Assembly (NCBI GenBank): GCA_904063045.1 | Contig: CAJFCJ010000006.1 | Location: 1,246,097 to 1,310,096, forward strand | Source: Dimorphilus gyrociliatus | Lineage: Eukaryota > Animalia > Annelida | Direction of reading: 5' to 3' | Length of the DNA stretch: 64,000 bases | Shown: positions 52,186-64,000 of the stretch, one piece after another | Layout: each line of letters begins with the position of its first letter | Position numbering within the stretch: the first letter of the stretch is position 1 | Program-made: the position numbers and the translations under genes | The notes under the pieces: model-generated | Told to the model about the DNA's origin: nothing | Database searches by the model: none | What the model saw: the letters and a program-made list of their open reading frames with translations, nothing else

Positions 52186-53560
52186 AAGAAAACGTATGAT
52201 GCTGACTGGCGACCAAAGGGAAAAGAGCGTTACTAGAACGTTGCTGGGAAGCATTCAATGTAGTGCATGGAATGTAGTGTCCACTCGCGTCGACACGTGT
52301 CGGCAAACAATGCCATTTTTCCCATTGAAGGCAACAAACATATGCCCTACATTTCCTTACCCGATGTAATTCGAAAATTGATAAGTTATAGCTGGTGCGA
52401 AGGCAACAGTGTCAATTTCGTGAAGACAAACAATCGAATAAGTGTCAGCGGCGGGGAGTCTTCGGACTCTGTGTGAACAATAATCGAGAAGGATAATTCG
52501 TTTTTTGTTACCTTCTCGCTTTCTTTATTTTCTCAATTAATTTAATTGAAAAATTTCATCAGTGTATGTTTCAAGTTTTTTATTGCTGTACTACGTAAGA
52601 GATTGGAAGAAGAAAAAAAAATGCTATTTACTCAGCCGCAAACTATTTAACCCTCGTTGCAGCTTATCTCTACAGAGCCGCTGAACCAAAACTCTCGAAG
52701 CATCACGTGATTGCATTAGAAAATTTCTTATGAGGTCAGAGTTTATAGTTGTCATCCAGTGATATTTTTACCTGTATCCTCTTCGACACGTTACGGTTCG
52801 TGGCACCGTCTTTCTTTTTTTACTGTTAACGCCTACAATTCATGGAACACTAGAAATTGGGAAAAAAGACGTAGCGACTAAAAAAGAAACGCCCTAGAAA
52901 CGAAGCGTCATCAGCCATCAGATAAGGGAGATTGCGTTCGAACGCTTTATGCATTAGAATGCTCGCTTTTCCGGGAAGTTTGGCATCGACCGCGCATGCG
53001 CAAAATCAAGCGCTCATTAATTAACATACATAATGTATATAGATGCATATAGCATAACTGCGCCGAGCAGATAAGGCTAAATCGGCTTTAGAACGGCTGT
53101 GTGCGTTGTGCTGATAAGGCAAAACTTGGCTGACAAACTGTTATATTACAAACAATATTCTGGCAACTTTCACTAACCAGGTTTGTTACGTTGGTACGTT
53201 TTTTTAATGTTTCTATTTGAGATTATCAATGGTGATATTTTCGTTTCTTTTATCAGAAGCGCTTAATTAATTTCCGCATAATATTGATATATATAGGAAA
53301 TATTTATTTACCGTATAATGATATCTAACTAACATAAAAGAATATATAGAAACGCTATATCATTAATAAATTAATGTCGTCAAAAGAATTAGATTAACGC
53401 TTAAATCGTTTACCCTCCCTATAACTAATAAGCTTATACTTCTTTATCATATATATGTTATACAGTTGTTTGTCTTTTGATAAGCTAATATCAATTAATT
53501 AATACGTAAACTTTCAACACCGCCTATTACATACTCGACGGCGTTTGTATGTATCGTACT

Positions 53561-53695
53561 CTTATCAACCTCCTTTACGCGTATTACCATTTTTTATCTC
53601 GCCTAAACGGTCGATAATCATGCGTTTATCATCGCTCGTCTTGTAAAACTTCCGTGATAATATTTCTTATCTGAGTTTGATAATTGATTAGATAA
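53561..53695. promoter_or_regulatory. Homotypic GATA-site cluster, candidate enhancer
   Basis: Seven WGATAR sites plus one CGATAA in about 135 bp. Confidence 0.6.
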
Positions 53696-53809
53696 TTTAG
53701 CTATATATACTATATATAAAGGCATTAATATACACAAACTAATATATAAGTCGTAAAAATAAGAAATACGAGAATAAAGATAATAATCCATCTTCTTCGT
53801 AAGATTTAA

Positions 53810-53985
53810 CTAATAAAAAAAGAAAGAGGGAAGAGAGGAAAAGACAGAGATTGAAAGAAAAGACAGACAAGACAGGAAGATAGATAGAGGAGGGGAAAGG
53901 GGAAAGCGCGGGGAAAGAGGTGGAGATTGGAAATAGAGAGAGAGATGGGGAAGGGGGGAGAAGAGAAGAAGAGATAAAAAAAATA
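53810..53985. repeat. Polypurine (G/A) low-complexity tract
   Basis: About 175 bp almost free of pyrimidines on the + strand. Confidence 0.85.
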
Positions 53986-56759
53986 GAGATTACAGAATTG
54001 TTATCTGTTACATATTATTACTATTATTTATTTTAATATGCAGTTAAATTATCATACACCATTGTCTGTACCAAAATCTCCACTACTTTATATATAAATT
54101 ATGTTTATATATACAATATGCATATATTGTGCTCATGAAAGAAAAAGATTCTCTTCTGACAAACAGAACAAATAGATAGATAGATAGTTTTAATCTTCTT
54201 TTTATTACAAACATACCAAAAAAAGTAAAAGAAAAAAAGCATATTTGCACTTATTTACTTGTGTGTACAAGTACCTAGTAAGTAGCTATTATTATATAAA
54301 GTAAGAACGGGTACTTGATAACTCATTGAAATAAATTCCAACTCTTATACGTCTGTGTACGATTATTTGAACAGATAAAATTATTTATAAATATCTTAAA
54401 CGTTTGTCATGTCCCCTCTAGGCCTATTTAAAAACTGTATAAGGGATTTTTTATCATTGTATATACAAGCGTGTTTTAACCCCAAGTACAAAATCGTTTT
54501 TTATTATATATATAGTATATATACAAATGGTGGATTGCGCCGCCGGCGATTGTCTCAGTTCACTCAGGCGGCCTTATCTCGCCATTGCAGCAATGCTCAC
54601 TGGCCCAAATGCTGCAATACAGTACGGTACTGGAAAAAAATCGTTTACGGCGTTTATTTTACGGGGTAAAAGTGGAATGGAAAATTCTTTCCTTTCTATT
54701 TATGTGCGTATTGAGGTAAAGAGAATAATTAAAAGTTAATCGAGTGCGGTAAACGTTTAAATGGGGAATGTATCGCATAGGAAACGCTAAAGTCGACGCT
54801 CATTTCCGCTTCGCGACGGACGTCACTTGAGGCGTCATTTAGCAAACAAAGAAGGTTGTCGCTGCGATTGTCTATTCTTTATAGACGTTTGATGGGTGAT
54901 GTGAGTGATAGGAGACCGTTCATTTGCATATTATATACATATATAGTTTGCTTAATTACCATATATTGATTTATGTTATTCACGACCGAAATTAGGGCTT
55001 AATGAGTTAAATCGTGCATCAGATACATATTTTTAATTAATCAAAATGCGTTTAAATTGGTTGTTCAAGTTGGAAAGATGGAGCCACCATTCACTTGAAC
55101 GGGGGCATATTTATCATAAGCTTTCTAGACCATTGTAAATATGTGTCAGCCTATACAATATAAGCAATTTAAAGCATTATTATATAAATGCGAAATATTT
55201 AAAGTATTTTAATTTTGGAAATATGTATACTGTTAGGCCTACGCTGTAAACTTTCAGTCAAGAAAAGGCCTAGAGAGCTGCTAAAAGCGTCTAATTAGGG
55301 GCCCACTGAAGGTGAGACGGCTCGAAAGAAGATGACGTGAACAAAGGTTCCAAATGACGTGTAAATGGGTCTATAAAAGAGTAACGGCAAAAGCCGACAA
55401 CTTCGAAATCTTTGAGTAATTATCCAATATAACCATCGCCGTTACGCTTTTTTAAGAGGCATTGAACAAGATAAAAGATGCAGAACAAATAAGAATAATA
55501 ATAATAAATTTGTAGGAGCAATATAACTGAGTAAAGGCTATATGAATTTGTAGTAAAAATATCTGCATAGTCGAAGGATGGATTAAAGCGGCTAGCGAAA
55601 ACGGCTTGTTTGTATTCGACTGTTTTGCTTGGACGTGCTGAGCGAGTTTGCGATTGCTCTATATATAAACAGGCATTCCCGTATATAAAGTTTGTCTTGA
55701 GCTGGCGCTTATAGACTTACGACCATATGTCGAAGAAACTTTCTCCTATTTAGATTTCCGTTTACATAGAGATTCTAACTTCGACGTCGTTCAAGATGGT
55801 CTAAAAAAAAAGAAAACAATCTCTGACCACAGCCTAACGAACTTTTCTATGAAGTAAAAATATTTAGATGTCTAGACACGAGTGTGAGTAGGATCAGCTG
55901 CCCCAATCATCCAGTCTGATCCTCAGGTTTTCTACTAACGAAACAATAAGGTAATTTTTACTGAGTTTGTTTCGATTTCGCGTGCGTGCATGCTGAGACC
56001 GCTTTTGATTGAAAGAACGTTTAATCAGACCTAGCGTTCCCAGCTTTTTTTTCCCAACCGCTTCGTATCCGAACACTAGGCGTCTTTCGAATATGACGCC
56101 GCCCGAGGCCGAAAGGTGCCTGATGGTAAGGTAGATAAGTTTTAGCGTGAGCAAGTTGCATTGTGCGTGTATGTATGTATGTGCGTCTGCTCTCGAAAGA
56201 ATGTTCAGTCTCAACCCTAAATTACACAGCACGTTTGTAGAAAGTGAAATTCTTTGTTGTCGTACGAACAAAGCGAATGTATAAGCATATATATGTATTC
56301 ATGTTACTCCTCGAACATCTAAGTAGACATATAAATGCGTAGTATTGACGGATTTAACCCAATTTTTCTCTCTTTTCCTTTGCGTGGGCTCTTTTAAGTG
56401 TAATTTTTGTCTCGTAGGAATCATTGAAAACTCGTGGGCTCGTACGCAAATATATCAACTAAAGTTACATATAGGTCAATATTATACGTAAATCTTTCCC
56501 AGACTGTATAAGTCCCTTTACAATTGAAAATGACCAGCTCTGAATAGTTTTGACCTCGTTGGTCTTTCTCAATAAAGAATTCAAAAACCGAATTTGAATG
56601 TTGATTAGACGGTGGATGGAATGAGGTGCCAAGATCGAACGATAAGTAAATGTATGATGCGCGCACTAAAGGTGTCTACAAGTCCAAGCAGCGTTTGCTT
56701 TACCACAACCGGGACAATTCGCAGCATGCTAACATGATGGGCGGAGCTTATGCTAGGTA

Positions 56760-57077
56760 GCGCTCATTGGCTGAAAAAACTGAACTCCGCCCACGGCGCC
56801 ACGTCGTCTAATATTGGCCGCACCAACAAACGTTCGTCACGCTCCTCTTTCATTCTATTCGCTTCGCTATCGGAATAGCTATCAGACTTACAGGCCGGAT
56901 TTAGATCGTCGAATCGGTGGATTTTTTAAATAGATCATCCTTCGTCTCAATGCGTCTTATCTACTATCTACAACTGCCATCAGTATTGAGATAAACTTTT
57001 AAAATCGTGAACCACAAGCGGCCGCAATTCAGCAGAATTGTTCGTCTTATCTCAACATATCGCTAAATTTTTATGAG
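56760..57077 (+). promoter_or_regulatory. Putative GATA gene promoter and non-coding first exon
   Basis: Two reverse CCAAT boxes (56766, 56813), a GC box CCGCCC (56787), four GATA sites (56956, 56964, 56989, 57046), a probable donor near 57077 and an acceptor at 57169 just before the ATG. Confidence 0.5.
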
Positions 57078-57173
57078 GTGCCTGTTGTTTGCATATCTGA
57101 TCCAATCTGCATTCGCACCTCGATTTATTCAATTTCCATATACACTTTTCCTTTATCTATCCTTAACAGAACA

Positions 57174-62047
<4,874 letters not shown>

Positions 62048-64000
62048 GTAAGTAATAAGTTTTAAGCTTATAAATTATAGCATTTAGTATTGTGGGGTAA
62101 GCTAAATAGCAGCATTTCCATTTATGAGGGCATGTTTTGGGGATACTTGCAAAAATCTAAGTAAGATTTTAGACTGTTAATGCTATATACACTAGTTATA
62201 GTTGAGAAATTGTGAAAGGCGATCGCAGCGGGCCAAGTATTCAAGTTAATAGAGCGTGCTTGAATATTACACCATCATTCACTCGTACCTTTCGTAGACG
62301 GTCATGGCGCCAATTGCGCCAATAGCTGGCGCCGTCCTCCTTTGTTCAATTTACTCCTTCTACTCCGCCCAAGCCGATTTCTGGCTTATCTTACAAATCG
62401 CTGGTGAGACTGATCGTAAATGGCAAGGAATAATCAAGAATTAAAAAGAAAAATTATTATATATAAACAGACTGGATATGGGTGACGCCCTCTAATTGCG
62501 CAATTAAGAAGGGGCGCCGCTGTATTTATATTAAACGCTTAATTTTTCGTCACTTCTCCACCTTTTTGTTTGTAGCGAGGGATCAATTAGGTGTCTGTTG
62601 TTTATACCCAAATTTTTCCATAAAAGACATCAAAGTGCCTGCCGCAGAATATTTATTAAGGGAAAATTGAGGGGTAGCGGGGGGGCTTAAGAGGAAAAAG
62701 TTAAGAGTAAAGGTAGGGGAGGTGGCCTATAAGGAGTATATGCGCATATATTTAAGCGAGAAAAAGTTCCCATTTAGATAAGGATCTTTCGGGTAGTGAG
62801 TGGGTGAAAACCCCCCCACGCGGTCAGTCGGAAACGCCGCCACACTCGTGAACTGTTTGTTGACATTTTGTATAAACTTTACATATATAAACACTCGATA
62901 AGGCCAGCCGCTATGCGTGCTTGATGGGCCATGGTCGGTAGATAAGAGAAAGATAATGACCACTTCTCACCAACCTCCTGAGACCGTTTTTTCGTTTACT
63001 CACCTTGAGTATTTTTTTGCCCTAACCTACTATTTTCCATTCGCTGCTTTTCGCTTTATTGTGGTTGGAACCTGGTTCTTTATGTTTCAAGACCCCCATT
63101 AATAATACGGTCGAGACTCTTCGATGACAGAAGAGACTAGATTGTAATGACACAAAAGAAGTGAACAGTCTGTTTACCCGCGGCCTGCTGTGAATTCATT
63201 GTGTTCCACTCGAGCTCTCTGCTGGAGACCGTCGGGGTTCCTTATTCGTCTCTCAGGGCTAGTTACCGTATTTTCCCTTTTTCTCATTAACGGAATTAGG
63301 GTGGAGCACTGAGAGGTGGAAAGGGGGAACCAGGGGGGCGTACATTAGCTCCTAATAAGAGAAACTTTACATAAAGAAAAAACGTTAATAGGGAAATAGT
63401 AGCCGAGTGGGTACTATTTACTGGTGACATAGTAAGAAAACATAGAGATAAGAAAACTGCTTGAAAGATGCTTTAATTGTGTAACATAGAAAAAAAAGAA
63501 AAGGAATATCTCGCACGCGAGAGAGAGAAAATAAAAGCCATTGAGCCTATTATCGGCACGCGACTATAAGGTTATCGAATCGTGTATCGACAATTCGATT
63601 GAAGAATATCTCTACAGCACAGATTGTTATATGGAATGTTCATTCTTTAGAGACGGACCGAAATTCTTCGATTCTTATCGCAGTTCGCTAATGTAACTAA
63701 ATTGCAAAGCGAGGCTTTTCTATTTGCATACACCGACAAAAGGCACCTGTAGGCGGGGTAGGGGGGCAATTAAAGACTTATATACAATGTACATAGCTGG
63801 TATAAAATGAAAGGAAAGAAAAAGCCCGGCGGGTCTCTTTCCTATCTTAAAAAATACGGTATTAATGTACATAAAAGTGACAAGCTTAGTTTTAAAAAAA
63901 AGTAGTAAAAAAAGTAGCTAAGGAGAAAGAGAGAGAGAAAGAGAGAGTTTTACGGATACAGATATACGCTTCTCTCGTTCAAGCAATAAAAAAGAGGCAT

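Noticed and set aside
54584-54618. 9-bp inverted repeat ATTGCAGCA/TGCTGCAAT as a pre-miRNA
   Set aside because: The stem is too short and the flanks do not pair.
56105-56130. GAAA...CTGATG as a hammerhead ribozyme core
   Set aside because: The order and spacing are wrong, the core is imperfect, and no stems I-III are present.
54527-56666. ORFs 54527-54739, 55894-56271 and 56421-56666 as genes
   Set aside because: They are short, have no domain and no consistent splice partners. They are more likely chance ORFs in GC-richer regulatory DNA.

Overview
Eukaryotic (animal) genomic DNA: AT-rich, very gene-dense, mostly 45-70 nt GT-AG introns. The gene set and compaction suggest a small-genome invertebrate, probably a lophotrochozoan such as a miniaturised annelid (inference only). 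Bases 1-50 kb hold about 19 tightly packed genes. In order: a delta-like ionotropic glutamate receptor, two orphan low-complexity ORFs, a tetraspanin, RNASEH2A, EOGT, a KIF28/KLP-6-like kinesin with an intronless GPCR nested antisense in one intron, an acidic coiled-coil protein, an 8-knuckle CNBP-like gene (missed by the ORF track), BICD, ZMYND12, two orphans, ATRX, a micro-ORF, TMBIM4, a small coiled-coil gene, a TTBK/CK1 kinase, SEC61A and a double-C2 protein. Bases 50-64 kb are the regulatory region and 5' part of a GATA1/2/3 gene. Top findings: (1) a 19-bp perfect inverted repeat pairs an iGluR S2 exon end with the 3' splice site of the next intron, which also carries a G-quadruplex motif; (2) ATRX has no visible ADD domain; (3) a dense GATA-site cluster lies upstream of the GATA gene itself; (4) the nested GPCR; (5) the iGluR pocket has a non-glutamate (delta-type) signature; (6) CTCF/YY1-like motifs sit at gene boundaries. 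All gene models were read by eye, so exon ends are approximate. No prokaryotic, CRISPR, tRNA or rRNA features were seen.
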